IMG/VR virus record: IMGVR_UViG_3300027747_001183 | Reading direction: 5' to 3' (one strand) | DNA: 64,000 nt | DNA from: a virus | Shown here: positions 56,222 through 64,000 of the stretch, in pieces | Position numbering within the stretch: position 1 is the first letter of the stretch | How the letters are laid out: each line of letters starts with the position of its first letter | Translations under genes and position numbers: made by a program | Notes under the pieces: model-generated | The model's input: the letters and a program-made list of their open reading frames with translations, nothing else | The model's database searches: none | What the model was told of the DNA's origin: nothing

Positions 56222-57360
56222 TACTCCGGCTTCTTGAACCTCGTGTTATTCAAGATAGCGTTTGATACTTTCTTGGGTACTAGCTTCGCGATAGGACGAT
56301 TATTCCTCTGTAGAACTATTCCCTCACCCGGCGACTTCTTACCGTCGATGCTGGTGTGCATGTCTGGATGCTCTACACCCCTGAGTACGTGCTCAGTAGC
56401 CTGCTCAAGGTGGTGATGGATATCGAGCGACCTCTGGAAGTGATGGGCGTGCTTGTCGACGTGCGCAATGAGGGCAGCGTGCTCGGCTACTTTTCTCTCT
56501 TTTGCAGCAGGAGTCTTTACCTTGCTAGCAGCCTTGGCACCCTCGCTCTCTAGGTGCTTCTTGTATCCCTCGACAGACGGCGTCTCACCCTTGCGAGTGG
56601 TACGGTTAATGTAGGTAGCGAAGTGAACTTGATGCTCTGGAGTCAGGTGATGGGACGTATGACCGGCCAGCAGAGCCTTGGCCGCGTTTAGGTGGTGTTC
56701 AGTAGCAGCCCTGTCTTTCTCAGAGTAGGTGCTCGGATCTGGATGGTACTCGTGCTCAGGAGTAAAGATCTTAGAAGACTTCTTGGTAGCACCCTTTGAG
56801 AGCGCCTGAGCCTTTCCACCCTTGTACTCAGTATGGAGTGCAACTCCGAGAGGAGCCCTAGTCCTAGCCTTGTACGTGATCCTGTTAGGGGTCATCGAGG
56901 TGTTCTCACCGCTCTTCTTAGTCTCATCTGAAGGTGTATACAGCATGTCGCCCTGTACGTGGTGACCCCTGTTGACTACCTCGTGTCCGTGCGCAAGTAC
57001 GTGCTTGAGTGCGGCCGCGTAGCCCGGTGCGTGCCCGAAGTGCTTGTCGACTTCTTCTGGAGTACGAGCGACTACACCCCTAGCAAACCTGTGCTTATCA
57101 GACACCGCCACGCCGTGCTCGTCGTGGATGATGTGAATGGAAGCTCCGCCGTCGGTCTTCAGCGAGGCCTTGATCGGACTGGACTTACCCATCCTAGAAT
57201 TATGGAACTGACGGATCAAGTCGTGTCCTAGGTTGGCGTGCTCCGGAGACTCGTGAGCTATAGCTTTAGCGTGAGTAAGGTGACCGAGCTGCTCAGTATC
57301 GATCGAAGTTCCTACAGCTTTAGTCTTGGCTTCTGTGATGAATGATGCGAATGTTAACAT
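56221..57360 (-). CDS. His-rich RNA-ligase-like nucleotidyltransferase, putative internal protein
   Basis: MLTFASFITE N-terminus; ligase motifs I KTDG, III QGD, IV EGIVL, V AK. Confidence 0.65.
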   Translation of the reverse strand: MLTFASFITEAKTKAVGTSIDTEQLGHLTHAKAIAHESPEHANLGHDLIRQFHNSRMGKSSPIKASLKTDGGASIHIIHDEHGVAVSDKHRFARGVVARTPEEVDKHFGHAPGYAAALKHVLAHGHEVVNRGHHVQGDMLYTPSDETKKSGENTSMTPNRITYKARTRAPLGVALHTEYKGGKAQALSKGATKKSSKIFTPEHEYHPDPSTYSEKDRAATEHHLNAAKALLAGHTSHHLTPEHQVHFATYINRTTRKGETPSVEGYKKHLESEGAKAASKVKTPAAKERKVAEHAALIAHVDKHAHHFQRSLDIHHHLEQATEHVLRGVEHPDMHTSIDGKKSPGEGIVLQRNNRPIAKLVPKKVSNAILNNTRFKKPE

Positions 57361-57361
57361 G

Positions 57362-58336
57362 TTAATTCTTTGTCTCGTAGTCCATCTTTACATTGCCTGG
57401 ACGATTTTCGTCGCTTTTTTTCTTGTTTTTCTTGCCTTTTGGAAGTGCAATTCTAGGTATTCCTACCTTGATCGGCTGATTGTTAGTCTCAGTATCGTGG
57501 ATGTGCGGTGCCTGACCAGCAATAGTAGTTACTAGGTGAGTAGCAGTACCAGTCTCACCGTGGCCAAACTTACCGTGACCAGTGGCAGCCTCGTGCGCTA
57601 CGTGCTGTAGTAGACCCGGGTGCTTCTCATGTATATCATTCATGTGCTGCTGAGCTTCGTCTCTCAGCCTATGCAATTCATTCCTGTCATTAGTATACTG
57701 CATGGCATTTAGATTTGACTGGATCTTTTCTACGTGACCCATCACTTCTCTATGATGCTGAGCAGTAAATCCCCTGTTAGCTTTTGCGTGCTGAGCAAGT
57801 GCGTGGGAATACGTAGCACGAAATTCATTTGGCTCTGCCGACATCAGCTGCGAATCACCCTTCTTAAGCGAAATTGATATTCTCTCTTTGGGGTTTTTCG
57901 GGTGAGACAGCACTATGTCTGCCTTAGATGTCTTATTTGTTGCACCAGAACTCTTCCACGTATCAGAAAGTTTTCCTGTTTCTCTACCAGCCACATGAGC
58001 CTGATACTTCTGAGCTACTGCCTTTTTGAAAGAAGGATGATTGGCCATGCCGTGCACTGCATGAGCAGCGTGACGTAGCTCATTGTAGTATGCAGCTTCA
58101 TGTTCTGGCTTCTTTCCGCCAGTAAATCCGTCCTGGGCGTTTGCAAAGTTTAGTGGATGATTCTTGTCTTTCTTTGCAGCCTCTATCTCTCTGTGAAGGT
58201 GCTCTGGACTGGATAGTAGTCTAGAAGCTTCTGGGTGTTTTACTGCATGGTTCCACAGTGATGACAGTGCATATTCGTCACTGTATCCAGACTTAGTAGC
58301 TTCTTGTAGGGATTGGTAGTCGCTGAAGGTTAGCAT
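57362..58336 (-). CDS. His-rich putative internal protein, PD-(D/E)XK-like
   Basis: MLTFSDYQSLQE N-terminus; TSKADIVL...ISLKK. Confidence 0.55.
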   Translation of the reverse strand: MLTFSDYQSLQEATKSGYSDEYALSSLWNHAVKHPEASRLLSSPEHLHREIEAAKKDKNHPLNFANAQDGFTGGKKPEHEAAYYNELRHAAHAVHGMANHPSFKKAVAQKYQAHVAGRETGKLSDTWKSSGATNKTSKADIVLSHPKNPKERISISLKKGDSQLMSAEPNEFRATYSHALAQHAKANRGFTAQHHREVMGHVEKIQSNLNAMQYTNDRNELHRLRDEAQQHMNDIHEKHPGLLQHVAHEAATGHGKFGHGETGTATHLVTTIAGQAPHIHDTETNNQPIKVGIPRIALPKGKKNKKKSDENRPGNVKMDYETKN

Positions 58337-58356
58337 ATCTGATCTCCGCTTTTCTT

Positions 58357-59745
58357 TTATTTATTAAATATGCTCTGCATCTCTGGGAATGTTTCGTAGA
58401 AGCTGTTGCCTCGAGTCTTGTCGCAGAGCTCTAGGAACTCTTTCATCTCAGGAAGTCGTACAGACCAGTCTTCAGACTCCATGAACTGCACCATTCCCAT
58501 GAGCCTGTCGATCCCGTACTCAGCCCTGCGCCAGTTGTCGTAGCTGACCTTACCGCCGGCCATCTTCTCCCAGTTCTCTTCTAGCCAAGGGATAAACTCC
58601 TCGTACTTCTTTCTGACCTCGGCCTTGAACCACTTGGGTAGCACTTTTACGTTGAGGTGCGCCGGATAGTAGACAAAGTGGAAGCTGACCATTCCGCCGC
58701 CGTGTGGCCATACATTGATCTTCTTGAAGTTCTGCTCAACCTTCCACTTGATAAAGTCAGGTATGTAGAAAATGTTGAGCGCCTGCACTGCACATGCGAT
58801 CGTCACCTCGACATTGTCTGTCGTCTGGGTATCTAGTATGCGCATGACTTCGGCTGTGCGTTGCCACTTAGACGGGTATCTAATGTATTCGTTGCGCTCA
58901 AAGACATCGTCTACCGAATAGTGAAAGCGTACGAACTTAAAATGAGACCAGAGCTCAAACAGGTCTTCTCTCCACTCAACGCCGTTTGAGTTGTAGCGCA
59001 GCTCTAGGTTCTTAGCATACCCAAGCTCTATACACTTCTCTAATATGTCGTAGTGCTCTTCGATAATGAGGCTCTCGCCACCGGCAAAGTATATCTGCTG
59101 CATGTTGGGTATCTGGTCATAGAACTGCTCCCAGAACTTTGGGTTGTTCTTGTGCCAGTTATACGAAGAACCATTATTGCTTCCTTTGTTATCCCACTTA
59201 GAATTCTCTCTTAGATTGGCGTTCTTGATCTGAGGGAATATCTCTTTCCATTCTTTTAACCAACCGGAGCTATCGTGAGGGCTGCACATTACGCATGCCA
59301 GCTGACACTTAGTTCCAAAGCGAAGGTCGATGTATGGAAGATATGGAGGAACTGTACCATCCCATTCAGTGTTTTCTATGAGCTTATCTACGTCTACTCT
59401 CTGAGACCAATATGCGGTCTCCCACATTCTCTTGCTCTTATGTCCAGCTGCTTCTTCTTTGAAGCACTTTATGCAGCTTAGAGGTTTCTCTCCGTCAAGC
59501 ATCTGAGTGCGAACGTTCTTCATGTACTTCGAGTTCCAACTCGAGAGTAGGTCAGAAACGTTTAGGTTATTAGGCTTGCCATCATCAGTCTTTAATATGC
59601 CAACCTGACCACCCTTGCTGCTGTCTTGAGTTGGGCCTACACCAGATGCATTAGCAGTACAGCAAACGCGCATGGATCCATCTGGGCGAGTGCTCAGATG
59701 GATCCATGGCAGTATGCACCAAGTATCTGATGGTGGGTTGTTCAC
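58357..59745 (-). CDS. Radical SAM protein with N-terminal Twitch/SPASM-like Cys domain
   Basis: CILPW..CC; CIKC; CQLACVMC; GGES; YIRYPSKW. Confidence 0.9.
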   Translation of the reverse strand: MNNPPSDTWCILPWIHLSTRPDGSMRVCCTANASGVGPTQDSSKGGQVGILKTDDGKPNNLNVSDLLSSWNSKYMKNVRTQMLDGEKPLSCIKCFKEEAAGHKSKRMWETAYWSQRVDVDKLIENTEWDGTVPPYLPYIDLRFGTKCQLACVMCSPHDSSGWLKEWKEIFPQIKNANLRENSKWDNKGSNNGSSYNWHKNNPKFWEQFYDQIPNMQQIYFAGGESLIIEEHYDILEKCIELGYAKNLELRYNSNGVEWREDLFELWSHFKFVRFHYSVDDVFERNEYIRYPSKWQRTAEVMRILDTQTTDNVEVTIACAVQALNIFYIPDFIKWKVEQNFKKINVWPHGGGMVSFHFVYYPAHLNVKVLPKWFKAEVRKKYEEFIPWLEENWEKMAGGKVSYDNWRRAEYGIDRLMGMVQFMESEDWSVRLPEMKEFLELCDKTRGNSFYETFPEMQSIFNK

Positions 59746-60399
59746 TTAGAACTTTACAGTGAACGAGCCAGTTACAGAGTCACCGGTAGTGACGTACGCA
59801 GAGTCGAAGCTCCGAGCGATCTTTGCAGATACGCTGTACGCAGGGGTGATGTCGTACGTAATGCCGGTTGAGAGCTGGTGGCTCTGGTAGCTGTACGTAG
59901 AAGCGTCGATCGCGTTGCGGAAGCGGTACCCAACGGCGTTGATCGTTAGGCCGTTGCCTACTGCGTAGTCAGCGTTACCGTACGCTGCGTAGTATGGGAA
60001 GTTACCCGAGTCTACGAAGCGCTCACCGACGCCGACTTTACCAGAAAGCGTAATGCCGTAGACTGCTGGAAGTGCGTATCCAGCCTGTACTTCAAGGTTC
60101 TGCTTGAGGTTTGCGCCGGAAACCTGAGTCGTAGCGGCTAGACCGCCGACCGAGAATCCTGCACCGAGGCTGTGCTTGTAAGATACCTGATACGCGTCGT
60201 CTACCTTTGCGCCGAAGTTGGTGCCGAGGTCTTGACCGTACTGCACTGAAAGACTGTCGGCTGAAGCAGGAGCAGCAGGTGCTGCAGCTACTGGAGCTGG
60301 AGTCGGCAGTGGAGCCTTCTTCTTGTTTGGCAAGTCAGTTGCGAAAGCGCTGGTAGCAAGCAGTGCTGCAGCCGCAGTCGTGATAAGTAGCTTATTCAT
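59746..60399 (-). CDS. Outer-membrane beta-barrel protein (Rhizobiales Omp/porin-like)
   Basis: Signal peptide; DLP.KKAP Pro/Ala linker; alternating beta strands; terminal Phe. Confidence 0.8.
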   Translation of the reverse strand: MNKLLITTAAAALLATSAFATDLPNKKKAPLPTPAPVAAAPAAPASADSLSVQYGQDLGTNFGAKVDDAYQVSYKHSLGAGFSVGGLAATTQVSGANLKQNLEVQAGYALPAVYGITLSGKVGVGERFVDSGNFPYYAAYGNADYAVGNGLTINAVGYRFRNAIDASTYSYQSHQLSTGITYDITPAYSVSAKIARSFDSAYVTTGDSVTGSFTVKF

Positions 60400-60422
60400 T
60401 TTCTTCTCCTAGTTATAGATGA

Positions 60423-60911
60423 CTAGCCTTCCACCACGAGGTTCTCGTGAGTGAGCTTATTCTTTTGTGCCCACTGGACGACTAGTCCGATTGCACGCCC
60501 ATGGGCTTCTATCTCCCACGGCGTATCCCAATAGTCAACCTTCGACGTATCAAAGCGCTGACCGTTAAACTTGTACACTTTCCGCTCACGCTGAAGCTCA
60601 AAGATCTCACCCTTAGCCCACTGCTTCACGTGAACGAGCTCATGCGCTAAGCTATTTAACAAGAGGTTAAGGCGCTGGTCTGGATCGATCTGGATCGTAA
60701 ACTCTTTAGGACGGTAGTGATTGTCCTCCCAGATGCAGTTTGCATGCTGGTCCGTATTCTTAAAGAGATCTTTCTCGAAGTAGACGTCTATCTTCAGCTT
60801 GTCACGCTTTGGCTTTGTGAAGAACTTCTCAAGCACGAACTCGCCTAGGCTCTTCATGCGCTTGAGGTCCATCCTGTTCCAGACATGCTTAGTGCCGTGA
60901 TAGTGTATCAT
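60423..60911 (-). CDS. Zincin-like metallopeptidase
   Basis: LAHELVHVKQ and PWEIEA. Confidence 0.8.
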   Translation of the reverse strand: MIHYHGTKHVWNRMDLKRMKSLGEFVLEKFFTKPKRDKLKIDVYFEKDLFKNTDQHANCIWEDNHYRPKEFTIQIDPDQRLNLLLNSLAHELVHVKQWAKGEIFELQRERKVYKFNGQRFDTSKVDYWDTPWEIEAHGRAIGLVVQWAQKNKLTHENLVVEG

Positions 60912-61102
60912 GCTCGATATACCTTATTTGTCTCAAACACCGTGATCTTATGGTAGACTCCGCGGTCCTTCATGGACTCACTCAGTCGCGACTCCGTGAT
61001 CTTACGGGCATCAAAGGCAGCGTCTTCGCTATCAAAGACTGCCACGACATGAGACTCGCGATAGGTAGGATCTACCTCAATGATGACGTATGACTGCATC
61101 AT
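60908..61102 (-). CDS. Small early hypothetical protein
   Basis: Coupled ORF; VVAVFDSEDAA. Confidence 0.65.
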   Translation of the reverse strand: MMQSYVIIEVDPTYRESHVVAVFDSEDAAFDARKITESRLSESMKDRGVYHKITVFETNKVYRA

Positions 61103-61404
61103 GCTACTTCCCTTCCAACTGGACGACCTGCGTATTTTTCCATAGTATCATAGTACCAATCTTCGTTCTTATCGCGGAGAATTGCAAGAGGAGCTTTACC
61201 TTGGTCCAGAGCCATAAAGTAGCTTTCGACCGTGTGGTTAGCGATCAGCTCTTTCATGAATACAGCTTTAGTGAAAGCGCCTTTGTACTTAAAGCGAGCA
61301 ACGAACTTCTTACGCTTACCATTTTCTTCGCTACCATACATGAGATAGCCACCATGATACGAGAAGAGCTTCTTGTCGAAGCGGGTCGTGGGGATCAATT
61401 CCAT
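61099..61404 (-). CDS. Early hypothetical protein
   Basis: AAGGA RBS; first gene after the third early module; KFVARFKY. Confidence 0.7.
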   Translation of the reverse strand: MELIPTTRFDKKLFSYHGGYLMYGSEENGKRKKFVARFKYKGAFTKAVFMKELIANHTVESYFMALDQGKAPLAILRDKNEDWYYDTMEKYAGRPVGREVA

Positions 61405-61414
61405 GTTCGTTCCT

Positions 61415-61515
61415 TTCCATTCCTTATATTATTAATATAAGCTAGATCGGAATAAAAGTACACAGTTTTTTTGAAAAAATAAGAACTTTTTTTTCTCAAT
61501 CTTTTCAAGGACTTA
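61415..61515 (-). promoter_or_regulatory. Third copy of the early promoter module
   Basis: Near-identical to 37774-37873. Confidence 0.85.
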
Positions 61516-62170
61516 TCAGGTCTAGGTCTTTCAGGGATGGGAACTGGTCCATCAGGAGGTACCAGCAGTCGGTGGCTACCATCCGGTGCTCTTTCTGTGT
61601 CCCAGCGGTCATCCGAAGCTGACAGTAGTGGATCCAAGAGCGGAGGGATCCAGCCATGTACATTCTGGAGACTGTAAGGCCTTCTGGAAGAACTGCACGC
61701 GCTTGTTCTTTTGCAATACCGTTTCTAATAGCCCAATCATATTCTTTTTGTGCATATTCTATTACTATCTTTTGACGCTCATTCCACATGTGTTTGAGCT
61801 CTGGATCGTCTTCAACTTCAATTGAGTTTTGTCTGTTCTTTGTATCTTGGAGACGGGCTTCACGAGTGACGAATCCAAGGTCCTTCGTAGGGTCTGCGTA
61901 CCTCTGAGAGAACTCTTGGAACGAGAAGCTACGGTGGCGTAGGATCTGACGAGCGATGTCTCGAGTCGTATTGATCTCCATCGTCACATGGACCATCTCG
62001 AACGGTGACCAGTGCTTGTTCTTGATCAGGTACTTGAGCAGCTTAGAAGCCGTCTCTGAGTTGTTCTGGTTAGACGGGTTGGATACCCGCGCCACGTAAG
62101 CGATGAACTCGTCGATTGTCATCGACTCATCGGTTGGCTTGCTGACTGCTATGACTCTCGCTGCGCTCAT
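61505..62170 (-). CDS. thyX: Flavin-dependent thymidylate synthase
   Basis: HWSPFE; RHRSFSFQEFSQRY; EQARAVLP; start MSAARV after AAGGA. Confidence 0.95.
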   Translation of the reverse strand: MSAARVIAVSKPTDESMTIDEFIAYVARVSNPSNQNNSETASKLLKYLIKNKHWSPFEMVHVTMEINTTRDIARQILRHRSFSFQEFSQRYADPTKDLGFVTREARLQDTKNRQNSIEVEDDPELKHMWNERQKIVIEYAQKEYDWAIRNGIAKEQARAVLPEGLTVSRMYMAGSLRSWIHYCQLRMTAGTQKEHRMVATDCWYLLMDQFPSLKDLDLISP

Positions 62171-62188
62171 GATAATTCCTTGAAAAGA

Positions 62189-62265
62189 TGGTGCGCACGG
62201 TGGGACTCGAACCCACAACCTCCGAATTTTAAGTCCGGTGACTCTACCGATTGGCCCACGTGCTC
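62189..62265 (-). tRNA. trnL: tRNA-Leu(UAA), short variable loop
   Basis: Cloverleaf; anticodon arm CCGGA-CTTAAAA-TTCGG; GTTCGAGT T-loop; encoded CCA. Confidence 0.85.
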
Positions 62266-62269
62266 ATAG

Positions 62270-62346
62270 TGGCGATCCCAGGTCGACTCGAACGACCAAC
62301 CTGCTGCTTAGAAGGCAGCTGCTCTGTCCAGTTGAGCTATGGGACC
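62270..62346 (-). tRNA. trnR: tRNA-Arg(UCU)
   Basis: Cloverleaf; GCTGC-CTTCTAA-GCAGC; encoded CCA. Confidence 0.95.
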
Positions 62347-62386
62347 ATATTGATATATATTATAACCAGTCGCGAAAAATGTTAAC

Positions 62387-63088
62387 ATGTTTATAGATGA
62401 ACTAACTATAGTCAGTGCCTACTACTGTTTTTCACAGGATGAAGACACTTTCTTCTCAAAGCGAGTAAACGACTTTCTATTATTAAGAGATAAGTTCAAG
62501 CGACTTGAGATGATCGTGGTAGATGACGGCTCACCTTTTCCACTAGAGAATCCAAACATAGAAGGCGTAAGGATCTTTAGGGTAAAAGAAGACCTAGGAT
62601 TCAACTCACATGGATGCCGTAATCTAGGCATGAGTCAGATCAATACGGAATGGGGTCTACTAGTAGACCTTGATATTGACCTGATGTCACTCTATCCAGA
62701 GATAACTCAGATGGACTCTTCTAGAGACATCGTGCACCACTTTGCGCACAACGCTTTTTCTATACACATAGAAGCATTTAACAGCTGCCGTGGTTATGAC
62801 GAAGAGTTTGTCAACATGCACGACGGTGACAGGGTATTCATGGAGTACCTAAAGAAGAACTTTACATACAAGAGATCTAATGCGTCTACCGTCTTTATGA
62901 GAAACAAGAGAATGGTAGTTGCTATCGATATAGAAAAGACAAACTACGACGATCTTGAATACATATTTGAGCCGATAGAAAGAAGAAAGAGCTATAAGTT
63001 TTATGAGAGACTGGCCAAAGATAGATATGAAAAGAAAGACTTCTCTCAAAAGAAGACTATATGCTTTAAATGGGAAGAGGTGTTCTAG
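62387..63088 (+). CDS. Glycosyltransferase, GT-A fold (GT2-like)
   Basis: IVVDDGS; GCRNLG; DLD; GYDEEF. Confidence 0.85.
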   Translation: MFIDELTIVSAYYCFSQDEDTFFSKRVNDFLLLRDKFKRLEMIVVDDGSPFPLENPNIEGVRIFRVKEDLGFNSHGCRNLGMSQINTEWGLLVDLDIDLMSLYPEITQMDSSRDIVHHFAHNAFSIHIEAFNSCRGYDEEFVNMHDGDRVFMEYLKKNFTYKRSNASTVFMRNKRMVVAIDIEKTNYDDLEYIFEPIERRKSYKFYERLAKDRYEKKDFSQKKTICFKWEEVF

Positions 63089-63321
63089 TAAATACTAACA
63101 TCTAGATGTTCACGAAAGAACCTCTTTAGTTCTTTCTCAAAGAACTCAGGGGGCATAGTCTGATACGTCGTATACAATTCTCCTATAGTTGATTTAGGAG
63201 TGCTGACGTCTTCATCTTTACTATATACGATAAATCCACGATCTTCAAGTTCATTGATCAACTCATCGTCATCGCAGTCGCCTAGTTCTAGATCATCTAC
63301 CCAGACTTCTTGATACGGCAT
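63085..63321 (-). CDS. Small acidic hypothetical protein
   Basis: DDDELINELEDRG. Confidence 0.65.
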   Translation of the reverse strand: MPYQEVWVDDLELGDCDDDELINELEDRGFIVYSKDEDVSTPKSTIGELYTTYQTMPPEFFEKELKRFFREHLDVSIY

Positions 63322-63548
63322 TACTTATATCTCCTGTCGATCTCGCGTATCCTCTTTCTCAGGTACGCTACCACTACCTTGTCGACGAAGCCGTCCGGTG
63401 AGTGCAGGACGTTGTTTAGCTCGTCGGTGAACGCAGCTTTCTTGAGGGCATCTACTGAGTAGTTGTTAGTCCCAGAGTGCCTCGTAGTACTTACCAAAGA
63501 GTCTGAATCCATTAGACTTTCTAGCATTCCATTTCTCCCAACCCTCAT
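63321..63548 (-). CDS. Hypothetical protein (start uncertain)
   Basis: Fills the gap, with a TAATG overlap at its 3' end. Confidence 0.5.
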   Translation of the reverse strand: MRVGRNGMLESLMDSDSLVSTTRHSGTNNYSVDALKKAAFTDELNNVLHSPDGFVDKVVVAYLRKRIREIDRRYK

Positions 63549-63987
63549 GATCGAAGACGTGCGTATCGTTTGGTCCGCGCTTCATCTCAAACGCCTGCTT
63601 CTCTTCATCAGTCTCTTCTGGGTTCACTTTGACCCACTTGATGTCGTGCTCACCAGAATGGAACTGGTCCTCAGCTTTGTCGTCAAGCTTCTGCGCAAAC
63701 GCCCAGATCATCTCATCCAGTACCCACTTCCAGCGATCGTGATGAAGGGCATCTGTATCGTAGTCGTTTTCTTTAGGAGGTGCCGACGTTGAGCGGAACT
63801 CTTCAGGGACGTCCTCGTCGTCTACCCATGGAGAACCGTGCTTGTCTTCCTTGAGCTGCAGCAGGGCCGGATGGATAATGTAGGCGAGAGTATGGTCGAG
63901 AGACCACGTATCAAAGGGCTCGATCTTGACGGAGACCTTGCGCTCTCCGTTTATCTTCTTTGGGTACTTGCCGATGTTTACCTTCAT
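63466..63987 (-). CDS. Conserved phage hypothetical protein
   Basis: DTWSLDHTLA.II.P.L; RW.WVLDEMIWAF; GFRLFGKYY..LWD. Confidence 0.8.
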   Translation of the reverse strand: MKVNIGKYPKKINGERKVSVKIEPFDTWSLDHTLAYIIHPALLQLKEDKHGSPWVDDEDVPEEFRSTSAPPKENDYDTDALHHDRWKWVLDEMIWAFAQKLDDKAEDQFHSGEHDIKWVKVNPEETDEEKQAFEMKRGPNDTHVFDHEGWEKWNARKSNGFRLFGKYYEALWD

Positions 63988-64000
63988 TTGTAGAGCCTCG

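Noticed and set aside
62171-62218. N-terminal extension of ThyX (MWVRVPPCAP...)
   Set aside because: It lies within the tRNA-Leu T-arm; the real start is the ATG at 62170 with an RBS
1-64000. Alternative genetic code
   Set aside because: Core genes are full length in the standard code, with TAA, TGA and TAG all acting as stops; no suppressor tRNA seen

Overview
This 64 kb window is a segment of a large T4-like myovirus genome. The host is most likely an alphaproteobacterium: the window holds a circularly permuted two-piece tmRNA, a Rhizobiales-style outer-membrane protein, a class II RNR and ThyX. Positions 1-27.7 kb are a baseplate/tail module: fibres, VrlC-like protein, gp8, gp7, gp6, gp25, a split gp5, hub, gp53, gp48, then divergently gp4, gp2, gp54, gp26/gp51 and a tape-measure-like gene. 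Positions 27.7-46 kb carry replication, transcription and nucleotide genes (gp32, gp59, gp33, exonuclease, PhoH, RNase H, glutaredoxin, RuvC-like, NrdJ, primase), with a radical-SAM/PLP island beside the tmRNA and a divergent early-promoter cassette. Positions 46-64 kb carry spanins, a block of probable capsid-packaged internal proteins, Dps, a second radical-SAM/SDR/methyltransferase island, a porin-like gene, ThyX, two tRNAs and a glycosyltransferase. The most notable signals are: (1) His-rich proteins with T4-type capsid-targeting N-termini, including an RNA-ligase-like enzyme, beside two nucleotidyltransferases; (2) Asn/sequon-rich virion surface proteins in a genome that encodes glycosyltransferases and tailoring enzymes; (3) a duplicated tmRNA 3' hairpin with compensatory changes fused to a truncated radical-SAM gene; (4) a probable -1 frameshift fusing gp26 and gp51. 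All family assignments come from motif recognition and synteny by eye. No searches were run.
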